A stretch of DNA of 34,109 nt. Origin: a virus. Lineage: Duplodnaviria; Heunggongvirae; Uroviricota; Caudoviricetes. Position numbers and translations under genes: made by a program. Below the pieces are notes generated by a model. It was not told where the DNA came from, searched no databases, and was given only the letters and a program-made list of their open reading frames with translations. Below are positions 9,692 through 19,399 of the stretch, one piece after another; the stretch's first letter is position 1; every line of letters starts with the position of its first letter. The stretch lies in IMG/VR virus record IMGVR_UViG_2913167280_000005, positions 1 through 34,109 of that record. One strand, given 5' to 3'.

Positions 9692-10234
9692 TTATCGACC
9701 GGTTGGTGTGCCGATGGATGAGCTGATCGGGGCGGCCTGGCTCTGCGTGAACGGACTCCAGGAACCACCGCCCATCTGATACGCGCCGTAGGCCTTAGCC
9801 GGAGCGGTCAACAGTGTCTGCGTTACTGCTGATTTACCCTGATAAGCTGCCATGTTTCCCTGGGCCTGTGAGTTCATGGAACTCACCTGATAGCCGTAGG
9901 CCTCGCGCTGTGCGTTATTCACAGTGGTCAACGCATCGAGGGTGCCGAATTGCGCGGTGTCACCGAACATATCCAGTGCTGATCCTGAAGAAAGGTCTGC
10001 ACCGGTTGCACCCATGGTGGCCGCCTGGGTACCCTGGCGCTGGCGCATTTCGCGGCGGCGCTGTTCGGCTTCTGCGTTGCCACGGTTGATTGAGTCCTGC
10101 GCCTGATTCTCTGCAATGTCAGAGTTCTGATCTGCAACTGCTTGCTGGTATTTAGAGGACTGATGCTGACTGTAGGCACTCATAGCCGTTGACGCTACGG
10201 TCACCGCCACCAGTGCAATCGCTGGGCTACACAT
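9692..10234 (-). CDS. virion protein with N-terminal hydrophobic segment (180 aa, Gly/Ala/Gln-rich)
   Basis: ATG at 10234; N-terminus MCSPAIALVAVTVASTAMSA is signal- or TM-like; position matches T7 gp13/gp14-type small core proteins. Confidence 0.5.
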   Translation of the reverse strand: MCSPAIALVAVTVASTAMSAYSQHQSSKYQQAVADQNSDIAENQAQDSINRGNAEAEQRRREMRQRQGTQAATMGATGADLSSGSALDMFGDTAQFGTLDALTTVNNAQREAYGYQVSSMNSQAQGNMAAYQGKSAVTQTLLTAPAKAYGAYQMGGGSWSPFTQSQAAPISSSIGTPTGR

Positions 10235-10698
10235 TATTTTCTCTCCATGTGGAAACGGTGGAAGCTCATGCCGAGGGCACCATACGGTGCCGGGTCTTCG
10301 AGTTTGAAGCCAAGCCAGTGCAGCCAGGACTTCGCCACGTGGTTGCGCTCGTCAACGTAGTTTTCGAGATGTGGGTAGATTGAGAGCATTGCCTGCAATG
10401 CGTGACGGCTACCGCGCAGGAACGTCTTCTGATATTTCTCAACCAGTGGAGTGCTGACAAGCCACGGCACGCCATTGCCGCCGATCATCGATGCAGGCGA
10501 CACACCAAACATCGTGACAAGCTCACCATTAGCGAAACCTGACCAGGCCATTGTTGAAGTACGCAGGCCAACGCGAATAGCCTGCTCAGTGGTCATCAGT
10601 GAAACGGCATAGAGTTCATCGATATCGGCCTGACGAACATTAGGCAGTATCATCTGCAAGTGCTCTTCCGTTGCCTGGAGTAACTGGACGTCAATCAT
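10234..10698 (-). CDS. hypothetical structural protein (154 aa)
   Basis: ORF translationally coupled on both sides within the structural operon. Confidence 0.5.
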   Translation of the reverse strand: MIDVQLLQATEEHLQMILPNVRQADIDELYAVSLMTTEQAIRVGLRTSTMAWSGFANGELVTMFGVSPASMIGGNGVPWLVSTPLVEKYQKTFLRGSRHALQAMLSIYPHLENYVDERNHVAKSWLHWLGFKLEDPAPYGALGMSFHRFHMERK

Positions 10699-13172
10699 CA
10701 GAATCCTCCCACGGTAATGCGAGGGATAACCGCCAGCACAGACAGCGGTAGCGGGTCAGTTTGCTGCACTTTAATGCGCCCGTTCTTATCCCAGTCGCTG
10801 TCCAGTTTCACTTCTACTTTGCCAGTGGCGTCGTCAACTGGATCGTCGTAAAACTCAAACTCGCGCTGTGGGTACTCGTACCACTTTCCGCCAGGTGTTG
10901 ATGCAAAGATGCCGCGGCTGGCATTCACCACCAGCGTAACGGTAGGGATTATCTGTTTTTTATCGAGCAGCGTTTCCTGCCCGTTAATATTGATGTCCAG
11001 CGTTTCAAACTGAGCATTAATCGGCAGGCCGATATGCACCACGCCGCCGGGAGATTCCAGCGTTACCTTGCCGGCAGTGACAATTTTCTGAGGCTCGACG
11101 CTGGCATCAGACAGAATGTTTACTGTTTGGCCTTCAAGGTGATTAAGCCCGGCAAACGTCATACGCGCCATGCGCCAGTTGGTGGTTGCGGTGTTTCGCA
11201 GTACCGGAGGAATGTTGCGGTTAGCGCGAACGGTGACGACAGTTCCGCTGGTATAAGCAACGATGTCACAACGCAGCTCCATATCAACCGGCTCGCCTGA
11301 AACCGGATCTGTTCCGATGTATGGCATCTGTATTTGAGAACCGACATCACCGGCATTGAAGTAGCTGGCGCTCATAGTCAGCGTGTAATCAGTTTGATAG
11401 ATCCAGTCTCCGCTACCGCCGCTGATAGTTGCCGTTGTTGTTCCAGTGTTGCGGCCATCATAGCTCAGTCCACAGTCTACAAAGAAGGCATCCAGATCGT
11501 TGGTGAACTGACGGCTCGAAAGGCGTTCGATGTAACGGACTGTCTGACCGTTAATGACACGCTTCACGCTGAAATACACGGCATCTTCGTCGCCTTCGCT
11601 GATGCAACAAGTGCTTTCATAGAATCCGGCGCTGGACTGCGGAGCCCAGGCGAAGACCTGCTGATCACGAAGATAGGTCAGCACCAGTAGTTTGCCATCG
11701 TCACGAATGCAGAAAGCGCTGGAGTACGGCACAATACAAAATGACCAATCGACCAGGCTGTGCTTCTGAAACAGATGGTTTGCCAGAATGGTAAGGTCTG
11801 AACCCTGATACCCGTCAACGTCGAACGAATAGGCCAGATCCCGCACCACGCTGCCTTTTTCCTGAATGAACAACGCGATGTTTGCCACGGCAATTGGCGG
11901 CACATTGCTACATCCGTTTGAGCCCTGAGAGCTGAAAGAGAATGCGCTTGGTGTCAGCACCTTATTCTGGTCACCGGACACCACATATTCACCACCGGAT
12001 GTCAGCACCACCAGTGATCCCACATCAATCAGGTGACGGATCTCATTCACCTGCCGCCCGGCGTAGGTGTAGATAATCCGGTCATCGTCCTGCGTCGGGT
12101 TGTTCTTGCCGAAGTCTTTGTAATCGCCTGTACGGCTGGCCCAGATAGTTTGCGGGAACGCGGTAGACGCGGCGAAGTAAAGACGCTGCTGGTAATACAC
12201 CACGGTGCCGGGATAGCCGTTTACGCTATTCCAGGCATATGGTGCCCACTTGTAGCTGGCCTTATCAGTGCCCACCACGTTCTCAGGAACGCGTGATACC
12301 ACGGTTGCGGTCGCGCTTTTGTTATTTCCTGCTACGGCAGTAATGCGGACAATGCCAAATCCAGAGTGCAGGTATTCCCACTGGATTCCAGTATCATCGT
12401 CACCAGTTCCGCCCCAGCCATCCCACGACATCCCCTCAGTGTGAGACGGTCGCAGAGTGCCAGTTTTCCCGGCAGTGTTTGCCCGGTAGTAATTGCTGTC
12501 AGCGCGGCGGATATCATCAATAACTGTTGTCTTGCTGGTCTCCCATACAGGAACGGAGTCAACAGCAGGCTGCTCAAGATAAAAAAGCGTGCCCACTAGT
12601 TCACTGCCGAAAATTGCTGAGTTTGATACGAGGGCAACAGTGCCGGTTGTGCCGCTGGAATAGACGGTGATCGACTCATCAACGTTGATATCTTCGAATG
12701 GGCCGTTGCTAGTCACCACATCGACTATCTGCCAACTATCATGGGCAAATCTGCGAAGCTCTTTCGGCGGGTACGACGGATGCACCAGAGTCAGCACATC
12801 GGCGCTTTGTGTGAATTTGATACGGAACAGATCTGCTTCGGTGTACGGCATCGCCAATTCATAAATGACGTTGCTGCTGTTGAGCACGTATGCGCCGTCT
12901 TTGATAACGCGCATGTAGTTGTGGCCGAACTCCAGCGCATAGGTCTGGATGGTCGAGAACTGGAACGGGATCAGACGGCATTTTCTTGTTGGATATTTTG
13001 CAGCGCCGATGAACTGTGTGCCAGGACGGTTCTCAACGCCGCCATATTGACGAACGATGAAGTTGTCGCATTTACGCAGCGCAACCTGGTATTTAGCCAT
13101 GTCGATACGCCCGTACAGCGACGGGCCAATTTCACCACCAGCAAAGCTCGGTTGTATCCAGCTCACAGCCAT
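10698..13172 (-). CDS. tail tube/nozzle protein (824 aa; T7 gp12-like by size and position)
   Basis: Large ORF immediately downstream of the adaptor-like gene; start overlaps the upstream stop. Confidence 0.55.
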   Translation of the reverse strand: MAVSWIQPSFAGGEIGPSLYGRIDMAKYQVALRKCDNFIVRQYGGVENRPGTQFIGAAKYPTRKCRLIPFQFSTIQTYALEFGHNYMRVIKDGAYVLNSSNVIYELAMPYTEADLFRIKFTQSADVLTLVHPSYPPKELRRFAHDSWQIVDVVTSNGPFEDINVDESITVYSSGTTGTVALVSNSAIFGSELVGTLFYLEQPAVDSVPVWETSKTTVIDDIRRADSNYYRANTAGKTGTLRPSHTEGMSWDGWGGTGDDDTGIQWEYLHSGFGIVRITAVAGNNKSATATVVSRVPENVVGTDKASYKWAPYAWNSVNGYPGTVVYYQQRLYFAASTAFPQTIWASRTGDYKDFGKNNPTQDDDRIIYTYAGRQVNEIRHLIDVGSLVVLTSGGEYVVSGDQNKVLTPSAFSFSSQGSNGCSNVPPIAVANIALFIQEKGSVVRDLAYSFDVDGYQGSDLTILANHLFQKHSLVDWSFCIVPYSSAFCIRDDGKLLVLTYLRDQQVFAWAPQSSAGFYESTCCISEGDEDAVYFSVKRVINGQTVRYIERLSSRQFTNDLDAFFVDCGLSYDGRNTGTTTATISGGSGDWIYQTDYTLTMSASYFNAGDVGSQIQMPYIGTDPVSGEPVDMELRCDIVAYTSGTVVTVRANRNIPPVLRNTATTNWRMARMTFAGLNHLEGQTVNILSDASVEPQKIVTAGKVTLESPGGVVHIGLPINAQFETLDININGQETLLDKKQIIPTVTLVVNASRGIFASTPGGKWYEYPQREFEFYDDPVDDATGKVEVKLDSDWDKNGRIKVQQTDPLPLSVLAVIPRITVGGF

Positions 13173-13777
13173 TATGACATCCTCGCCCTGGTAAACTCGT
13201 CAACTGGCATCTGCGGTTCCTGGCTTTCATTCATGCTGTGTGACCCAGCGCTGAGGATCGTCATCTGATACATCTTTAGCGCGTTGTTGCCGAGATCTGC
13301 GCTTCCGGTCAGCACCATGTTGATTGCTGCCGCCAGACGCCAGGCTAGCGCCTCCTGAAAAATGGCATCAAACATATTCACGTCAGTGATACGTGAAACA
13401 TATTTCAGCCACGCCTGCGGCTGATCGGTATAAATCAGCTTTCCGGTGCCGTCGTCATTTGCCCCGGTAACGAACTCAATACGCATAGCTGCCGGTGGGT
13501 TTCGAATGCCAGGCACAGGGATTTCAATGATGCGCATGCAGTCCGTAGGGTACTGGTATGCATAGGCCCAGTCAGAAGGCGGGTTGTTCGTATCGGCAAG
13601 GGCCACTCGTTTGGTGGCAAAGTTCCATTCAGCGTCTGACAGAACAGCATCACGGCATGATTCGTAATGCAGCGAGCACTGATCGGCTTCTTTGCTGGCT
13701 TCGACCAGGCTGTTGATGCTGCGGTTATTCCCGATATTGCTCAGCGCTCGGTTGCAGATTTCGATAACAGAGGCCAT
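13172..13777 (-). CDS. tail adaptor/gatekeeper-like protein (201 aa; T7 gp11-like by size and position)
   Basis: ATG at 13777; the size and acidic C-terminus resemble gp11-type adaptors (recalled, not aligned). Confidence 0.5.
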   Translation of the reverse strand: MASVIEICNRALSNIGNNRSINSLVEASKEADQCSLHYESCRDAVLSDAEWNFATKRVALADTNNPPSDWAYAYQYPTDCMRIIEIPVPGIRNPPAAMRIEFVTGANDDGTGKLIYTDQPQAWLKYVSRITDVNMFDAIFQEALAWRLAAAINMVLTGSADLGNNALKMYQMTILSAGSHSMNESQEPQMPVDEFTRARMS

Positions 13778-13780
13778 GAC

Positions 13781-14101
13781 TTACCCCTCAGAACCATACA
13801 GAGTGTCAGCTGCTGATTTAGGCGCTTCACCTGATGCTGGTGCAATTGCCATATCAGTGATCTGAAGGCTGGCGCTATGCTGCATACCTTCTTCACTCTC
13901 ACGTGTAGAAGTTGAACGAATGATGGCTTTAGCGGTGATCATAACTTCCGTTCCCGCTGATTGCGGTGTGGCTTTCAGCTTGGTCAGAGTGTCGTTATTC
14001 AGTTCAATGCACAGGCCCCATGGATAATCATCGCGAGTCTGTGTTTTCCCGTCTTCATCCTGATAGCTGTCAGTGCCGGTTTTGAGGTTTACCAGTTCCA
14101 T
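13781..14101 (-). CDS. hypothetical virion protein (about 106 aa)
   Basis: ATG at 14101 with GGAGAG 5 nt upstream; the track ORF extends to an upstream TTG at 14116. Confidence 0.5.
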   Translation of the reverse strand: MELVNLKTGTDSYQDEDGKTQTRDDYPWGLCIELNNDTLTKLKATPQSAGTEVMITAKAIIRSTSTRESEEGMQHSASLQITDMAIAPASGEAPKSAADTLYGSEG

Positions 14102-14117
14102 AACGCTCTCCTGCAAT

Positions 14118-14141
14118 AAAGGGGCCGAAGCCCCTTGTTTG
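14118..14141 (-). terminator. intrinsic terminator (GGGGC-CGAA-GCCCC plus T-rich tract) inside the late operon
   Basis: Hairpin read directly; TTTATT follows on the minus strand, just downstream of the stop at 14153. Confidence 0.5.
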
Positions 14142-14152
14142 ATTAGCGAGGC

Positions 14153-14530
14153 TTAAACGCCCAGTGCTGCGTGCTTCTCGGCGATCTTCTCGCGGAGAGT
14201 TTTGGCGCTGGTGTTGTGATGAGGTTTATCGTTGAAGAGCACTTCGTACTCTTCGCGGAGTTTATCCAAATCATCGTCGCCTTCACCTGCTCCAGTGCCG
14301 CTACCCGGCTCGCCGTCATCGTCGGATTTGTTATCCGATTCATGCGAAACGTATTCCTGTCCGCGCTTTTTCAATGCCGCCGTCTTTGCCTTAACTGCTG
14401 CCTCGTTAAGAGGCTCCAGCGCGCTACCCGGCTCGCCGTCATATTCAACTTCTGAACCTTCAGGCCAGAGGTTGTTATGAATATGGGATAAGCGCAGGAC
14501 GCGGTATTTTGCTTTTTCCATCGCCATCAC
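14153..14530 (-). CDS. acidic hypothetical virion protein (125 aa)
   Basis: ORF in the capsid module; Asp/Glu-rich. Confidence 0.5.
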   Translation of the reverse strand: MMAMEKAKYRVLRLSHIHNNLWPEGSEVEYDGEPGSALEPLNEAAVKAKTAALKKRGQEYVSHESDNKSDDDGEPGSGTGAGEGDDDLDKLREEYEVLFNDKPHHNTSAKTLREKIAEKHAALGV

Positions 14531-14531
14531 C

Positions 14532-14972
14532 TTAGCCAGTTACTTTGGAACGTACTGGGTAGTACGGCGTGTTGTTATCCACATCCAGGTTAATGCCGGA
14601 AGTGAATGCGCCAGCGGTCAACGGGCCAGTGCCAACCGAATAGTTCACGCGCAGGTAACGCTGAACACCAGCCGGAACTTTCGTCGAGAACAGACGCTTG
14701 CCTGCGGTAAGAGTCGCCAACGCCAGTGCGCCGCTGTCGCAAATGGTGGTCCAGGTGGAGTTATCCGGGCTGGTCTGCAACTGCACGTTCAGGGTTGCCG
14801 CGCCAGCTGCGGTTGCAGTGGTGTCAACGGTGGCCCAAAACTCCAGTGGGTAGCCAACGCCGATGTCACGGCGGGTGCCGTCAATCGGGCCGAGGTCAAT
14901 CACATCCGTAGAAGCTGCGGAAGCAGTTACCGCCTGCTTCTCGGAGAACATCAACAGTTTGTCGAGGATCAT
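14532..14972 (-). CDS. hypothetical capsid-associated protein (146 aa; possible decoration protein)
   Basis: ORF directly downstream of the major capsid gene; Thr/Ala/Gly-rich. Confidence 0.5.
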   Translation of the reverse strand: MILDKLLMFSEKQAVTASAASTDVIDLGPIDGTRRDIGVGYPLEFWATVDTTATAAGAATLNVQLQTSPDNSTWTTICDSGALALATLTAGKRLFSTKVPAGVQRYLRVNYSVGTGPLTAGAFTSGINLDVDNNTPYYPVRSKVTG

Positions 14973-15023
14973 TTTCTTTCTCCATTCATGGGCCAGTTAA
15001 GGCCCACTGATTAATAACAGGCG

Positions 15024-16010
15024 TTAAACAACGCGCGCTTCGGTTTCCAGAATCGCATCAGTTTCACGGATAGGGATGCCACGGAATGCAGTCCACCAGT
15101 CCCCCTCAGTCTCTTTGACGCTAAGCGCCAGAGAAGCCTTGTCCAGAGATTGCAGGTCCAATGCCTGGCCTACGGTACGGTTCATGTAGAAAGCCGCGCG
15201 CCCCATTTTCAGGTTAGGCACGCGGTGCAGTGCTTTAACCATCTGGGTAACGATATTTGCCGCACTCGCAGGTACAGACAAATCGCTCACATCGATATTT
15301 GCGATGCGCACAACGTAGCGCCAGTCACGAAGAGTCAGGCCGTTATCCCACTTGTAGTGGGTGCGGTAACCTTCGTATGGGTTGTTGTTGGCGTCACGCA
15401 ACGTCTGTTGGCCTTTATCTACCATCTGGAGACCGGCTTTCTGACCTTTAGGGAAGGTGCCATGTACGGTATTTTCACCCCACACAACCAGCCAGATAGA
15501 GGTGTTATCGGTGCCGGTACCGCCTGCGTCGATAATGTTCTGGCCATTCCCGGCAGATTTGCTGGAATAACGAGAAGACAGACCCATGAACTGCTGAGGG
15601 TTAATGCTCGTATCGCCGTAGAAAAGCGTGGTTTCCATCTGCTGGTTCATCGCTTCCAGGAACGCACGGTCTTCCGACAGACGAAATTCTGAGGTATTAC
15701 CGTTCAGATCAGCCAATGACTTATCTACTTCTGCATAGGCTTCCAACATACCGATGGAGTCGGTAACCTGAACGGTGGTTGATTTGCTCGGCTGAACACC
15801 ATAGTTAAGCAAGCGCCAGGTTGCTGATGGCAGACCTGAACGAACAGTGGTTCGGTGGCCGGTTGGAAGGTTGCCTTCAACAATCAGCATGTCTTCCAGG
15901 ATCGGGTTAGTTTGAGACAGAAGCTCGATGATTTTATCGATCTTCCCATTTGGGTCTACGCGCTTACCCCAGTCTGCCAGCGTCAGCGCAGTTAAGCCTT
16001 TAACAGCCAT
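15024..16010 (-). CDS. major capsid protein (328 aa, HK97-fold type by size and context)
   Basis: ATG at 16010 with GAGGAAA upstream; sits between the scaffold-like gene and the tail genes. Confidence 0.8.
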   Translation of the reverse strand: MAVKGLTALTLADWGKRVDPNGKIDKIIELLSQTNPILEDMLIVEGNLPTGHRTTVRSGLPSATWRLLNYGVQPSKSTTVQVTDSIGMLEAYAEVDKSLADLNGNTSEFRLSEDRAFLEAMNQQMETTLFYGDTSINPQQFMGLSSRYSSKSAGNGQNIIDAGGTGTDNTSIWLVVWGENTVHGTFPKGQKAGLQMVDKGQQTLRDANNNPYEGYRTHYKWDNGLTLRDWRYVVRIANIDVSDLSVPASAANIVTQMVKALHRVPNLKMGRAAFYMNRTVGQALDLQSLDKASLALSVKETEGDWWTAFRGIPIRETDAILETEARVV

Positions 16011-16024
16011 GGTTGTTTCCTCTC

Positions 16025-16738
16025 TTATTTGCCATACAGCACTTCGGCAGCGCTACGCTGGCCGGTTTCTTTTCCGGTGACCATGTTGTCTTCAGTCATG
16101 GTCGCGCCGATTTTTACAAAAGCTCGAACGAGATCAGGGTGATTTCCCAGACCGGTAGAGCTGAGATAGTCCTTCAGACCTGGAGGTCCGAACGTGTCCA
16201 GAGCACGCTGGGCAAGGCTCAGATTTGAGGTCAGTTTGTCGCCGCCGATCTCTTTGTCGGCTTTGACTTCTGCGGCCCAGTCTTCGGTCTGCTTCTGCCA
16301 GGCTTCGGTCTGGCGCTGCTGCACACCGGCCAGAATTTTCGGGTATGCGTCTACCAGTTTCTGCGCCTGCTCGTTTGACAGGTTCAACTCACGGGCCACA
16401 GGCTCGAAGTCGGCCAGCGCCGCGGTATCAAGCTCCACGCCCTCTGCGGTCTTGAAATCGTATTTATCTGGCGCGCCTTCTGGCTTATCGTCCTTCTTGC
16501 CGTCCTTTCCTTCTTCGCCAGCATTTTTGTCGCCGTCTTTGTTTTCACCTTCTTGCTTCTGCTCGCCTGGCTGACCTCCACCTTCTGCTCCGGGCTGCGG
16601 CTCACCACCAGCGGGAACTGCTTCTCCGGCTGGTGCTGAACTTGCAGCTGCAGGTTCAGATGATGCCGGGGCAGCACCACCATCAGCGGGTTGCTCATTG
16701 CAGAGGCGACAATGCAGCAGACGTTCAAATAAATTCAT
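16025..16738 (-). CDS. scaffolding protein (237 aa, acidic, Ala/Gly/Glu-rich)
   Basis: Low-complexity acidic protein immediately upstream of the capsid gene. Confidence 0.6.
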   Translation of the reverse strand: MNLFERLLHCRLCNEQPADGGAAPASSEPAAASSAPAGEAVPAGGEPQPGAEGGGQPGEQKQEGENKDGDKNAGEEGKDGKKDDKPEGAPDKYDFKTAEGVELDTAALADFEPVARELNLSNEQAQKLVDAYPKILAGVQQRQTEAWQKQTEDWAAEVKADKEIGGDKLTSNLSLAQRALDTFGPPGLKDYLSSTGLGNHPDLVRAFVKIGATMTEDNMVTGKETGQRSAAEVLYGK

Positions 16739-16749
16739 TGGTTATCTCC

Positions 16750-17073
16750 TTAAACCGGGATCGTTTTGGCTTTCAACTGGGCCAGAACAGCGGCAAGAGT
16801 GGTACGTAGTGCGGTTGCATCTGTCAGCAGCGCGTTGTATTTGGCTACCAGGTCATTGTGGTCAGTAACAAGACCAGCAACGTCTGATGCTGAAGAGTTG
16901 GTGTCTGCGGTAGCCGTCATTGCAGCCGGTGCCGCGATAGTCGCTCCAAGCTTTACACCGCCGTAATCGGTTGTGGTCGGAGCGCCAATTACTGCTGGAG
17001 AAGGATCCGGAACCTCAACTACCTGATTTGAGCCATCGAGACGCACGACGCGCTGAGTTTGTACCTGTGTCAT
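16750..17073 (-). CDS. hypothetical head protein (107 aa)
   Basis: ORF between the portal and scaffold genes. Confidence 0.5.
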   Translation of the reverse strand: MTQVQTQRVVRLDGSNQVVEVPDPSPAVIGAPTTTDYGGVKLGATIAAPAAMTATADTNSSASDVAGLVTDHNDLVAKYNALLTDATALRTTLAAVLAQLKAKTIPV

Positions 17074-17381
17074 AAATTGTCCTCACCGGCCTCTGCGGCC
17101 ATCTTCAGATACTGATCCGGGCAGTGCGCCATTACGCGCTGAAATAGCATCAGCGCCAGATTGCGCTGCCCTTCGTTGAATGCAGTCACATACGGGTCAT
17201 TGGTGAAGCAAGGGCCAAAAACACTTCCCTTTTCCAGCAGAGACCACAACACCCGACGGCCCTGTTCAGATCCCATGACGCGTTGAATGTCTTCAATGTC
17301 GCGCTTACGAAGAATCTCATTGGCCACTTCACGGGCTTTTCTTTCTTCGGCGTTCTCTTCATCAAGCAGATCGCTCACCAT
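17070..17381 (-). CDS. hypothetical head protein (about 103 aa)
   Basis: ATG at 17381 overlaps the portal stop (ATGA). Confidence 0.5.
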   Translation of the reverse strand: MVSDLLDEENAEERKAREVANEILRKRDIEDIQRVMGSEQGRRVLWSLLEKGSVFGPCFTNDPYVTAFNEGQRNLALMLFQRVMAHCPDQYLKMAAEAGEDNL

Positions 17382-19066
17382 CACTGACGAGCCCCCGCGC
17401 CAGTGGCGTTAGCCGCTGCGTTTGAAATGGCAGTCAACGCGCTAGGGTCCGACGTCTGCGTTTCGCTGAGAGTCTTGGCCCCCTGAGCCGCTGCCATCCC
17501 CATCTGCATCTGTTGCTGCATCTGAGCCTGTTCGGCGCGAGCTTTACGCAACTGCTCAACCTCTTCCTGCGAGGTGATAACGCTCGGCGATACGCCGGAC
17601 ATTTCCGCGAATGCGTCGATCGCTTCGTCGGCATTGAGCTTGTCGAGTGCTTCCGGTTTGACGGTCGCCAGCTGACCAATGAATGCAACGGTCTGAGAAA
17701 GGCTGGAAATTCCGATTGATTTCTGTGCCTGCGCCATCACCGAGATGTACTCGACTTTCAGCGGCATGCCCTGCATGACCTCAGGCGGTGGCGGCAGCAT
17801 GTTCTTGCGTGCCATGATGGAGAATGCGCGGTCGATAAGCGGGTTAAGGCACTCGTCATTGAGGCGCTCGAGCACCGGGCCAAGCATCAGGAGCTTCTCT
17901 TCCTTCATCTCGATCACCGCTTCAACAGGCATTGAGCGGGTATTGATGTTCTGCAACATCATGAAGAGGTCGACGAAGTAGGCGTTTTTGATGACCTGGC
18001 GTGTGTCCTGAATGTCAGCCAGCAGGTCGGCGGTGTTCGGGTTTACGAGGTAAGCAGGTTTGAATCCGTCCTGATTACCCACCTGGTCGATGTAGGTGAT
18101 GTCGCCAGGCAGCAGGGAGACGCGCTGATTCTTCAGTGACGACGGACCGATCATTGGTGGATTGGTGGCCTTGTCGATCAGCTGGCTCTTGCGTTTCTGC
18201 TCAAGCTGAAGCGCCTTCACCGGGCCCAGTGCAATCATGCCTGGGCAAGATGAGCCGTAAACGTCCTCGCCGTTAACTTCCCAGCGCGGAGCCATGATCG
18301 GGAATTCGTCGTAGCCGGACTCGCGCAGCAGCTTTTCGTTGTCGCCGCCAACCTCAAAGTAAACCGACTTGTACGGCTTGTTCTTGCTGTCCAGCTTGCC
18401 AGTGTCGCGGTCGGTGTTCGGGTATACGGAATGAATCACCTCGATCCACTTCTCGTATGTTCCGTTTTCCCACATGCTTTTAACGGAAGTGCTGACCTTA
18501 TCAAGGCCGAATTCCATCACCATCTGGCGAACGGTCATCGAGAACTTACGGAAGCAGGTATCGACGCTGCCGCGAGCAGAGTTCGACAGGTAGTAGCTGC
18601 CAATCGGGAACATCTGCGTACGGATGATATCGGTGTCGTCTTCCAGTACAGCCATTGCACCAGAGCTGTACGTTCCGAGTGAGGAATACAGCAGCGGCAA
18701 AGACTGATACAGGTTCGAGCGGTTGAACATTTCGTTCATGTATCGCTGAACGGTTTCGCACCACTGCTTAACCGGGCCGTAATCCATCATGTCGGGATCA
18801 GGTGTTGCCAGCTTGAACCACGGACGGGCCGGACTGGTGATGCCTGACATCATGCCACTGGAAAGCACGCGCTCTGCCAGGGTCGCGGTAGGGTCAATGA
18901 TTCTGGTATTGCGGCGATCACGGTTTACGTCAGTGACCAGGAAACGGGAACCACGCGGAATGATGTAATCACTCAGCTCTCGCCAGTGAGATTCGAACGA
19001 AGTACGCTCATTCTCCATTTGCGCAAGCTGCTTAATCAGTTGCTCTTTTACGGTTTCCGTCGCCAT
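17381..19066 (-). CDS. portal protein (561 aa)
   Basis: Size and position between the terminase genes and the scaffold/capsid genes; ATG at 19066. Confidence 0.8.
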   Translation of the reverse strand: MATETVKEQLIKQLAQMENERTSFESHWRELSDYIIPRGSRFLVTDVNRDRRNTRIIDPTATLAERVLSSGMMSGITSPARPWFKLATPDPDMMDYGPVKQWCETVQRYMNEMFNRSNLYQSLPLLYSSLGTYSSGAMAVLEDDTDIIRTQMFPIGSYYLSNSARGSVDTCFRKFSMTVRQMVMEFGLDKVSTSVKSMWENGTYEKWIEVIHSVYPNTDRDTGKLDSKNKPYKSVYFEVGGDNEKLLRESGYDEFPIMAPRWEVNGEDVYGSSCPGMIALGPVKALQLEQKRKSQLIDKATNPPMIGPSSLKNQRVSLLPGDITYIDQVGNQDGFKPAYLVNPNTADLLADIQDTRQVIKNAYFVDLFMMLQNINTRSMPVEAVIEMKEEKLLMLGPVLERLNDECLNPLIDRAFSIMARKNMLPPPPEVMQGMPLKVEYISVMAQAQKSIGISSLSQTVAFIGQLATVKPEALDKLNADEAIDAFAEMSGVSPSVITSQEEVEQLRKARAEQAQMQQQMQMGMAAAQGAKTLSETQTSDPSALTAISNAAANATGAGARQ

Positions 19067-19080
19067 TTCGCAGGACTCCG

Positions 19081-19287
19081 TTACTGTCCGAGCAGCGTTT
19101 TACCGCTGGTATTTGCGGTCGAGGTATCGCCTTGCGCACCGGTCAGCATCGTGGACTTCTGCCCGGCAGCAGCACGGCGTCGACGTTCTTCATCGTCACG
19201 CGCTGACACAACGGCCTGATCCTGTTCCTGTGGTGCGGCCTGAACTTCTGGTGCCGCTGGTACTGAAGGTGAGCCACCCATGCACAT
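19081..19287 (-). CDS. small hypothetical protein (68 aa) upstream of the portal gene
   Basis: ORF with GGAG about 9 nt upstream; Ala/Gln/Arg-rich. Confidence 0.45.
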   Translation of the reverse strand: MCMGGSPSVPAAPEVQAAPQEQDQAVVSARDDEERRRRAAAGQKSTMLTGAQGDTSTANTSGKTLLGQ

Positions 19288-19355
19288 AAACGTAACTCCG
19301 CACGCAATTAAATTATTACCAATTTAACCACATAAGGATTATTTTACGTAGTGCA

Positions 19356-19393
19356 TTGACATTTTATCGAGCAATTATTACCTTAAAGGTAAT
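19356..19393 (+). promoter_or_regulatory. candidate sigma70-type promoter (TTGACA, 17-bp spacer, TACCTT) overlapped by operator dyad ATTACCTTAAAGGTAAT (site A)
   Basis: TTGACA at 19356-19361; dyad at 19377-19393 overlapping the -10 position. Confidence 0.35.
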
Positions 19394-19399
19394 TAATCA

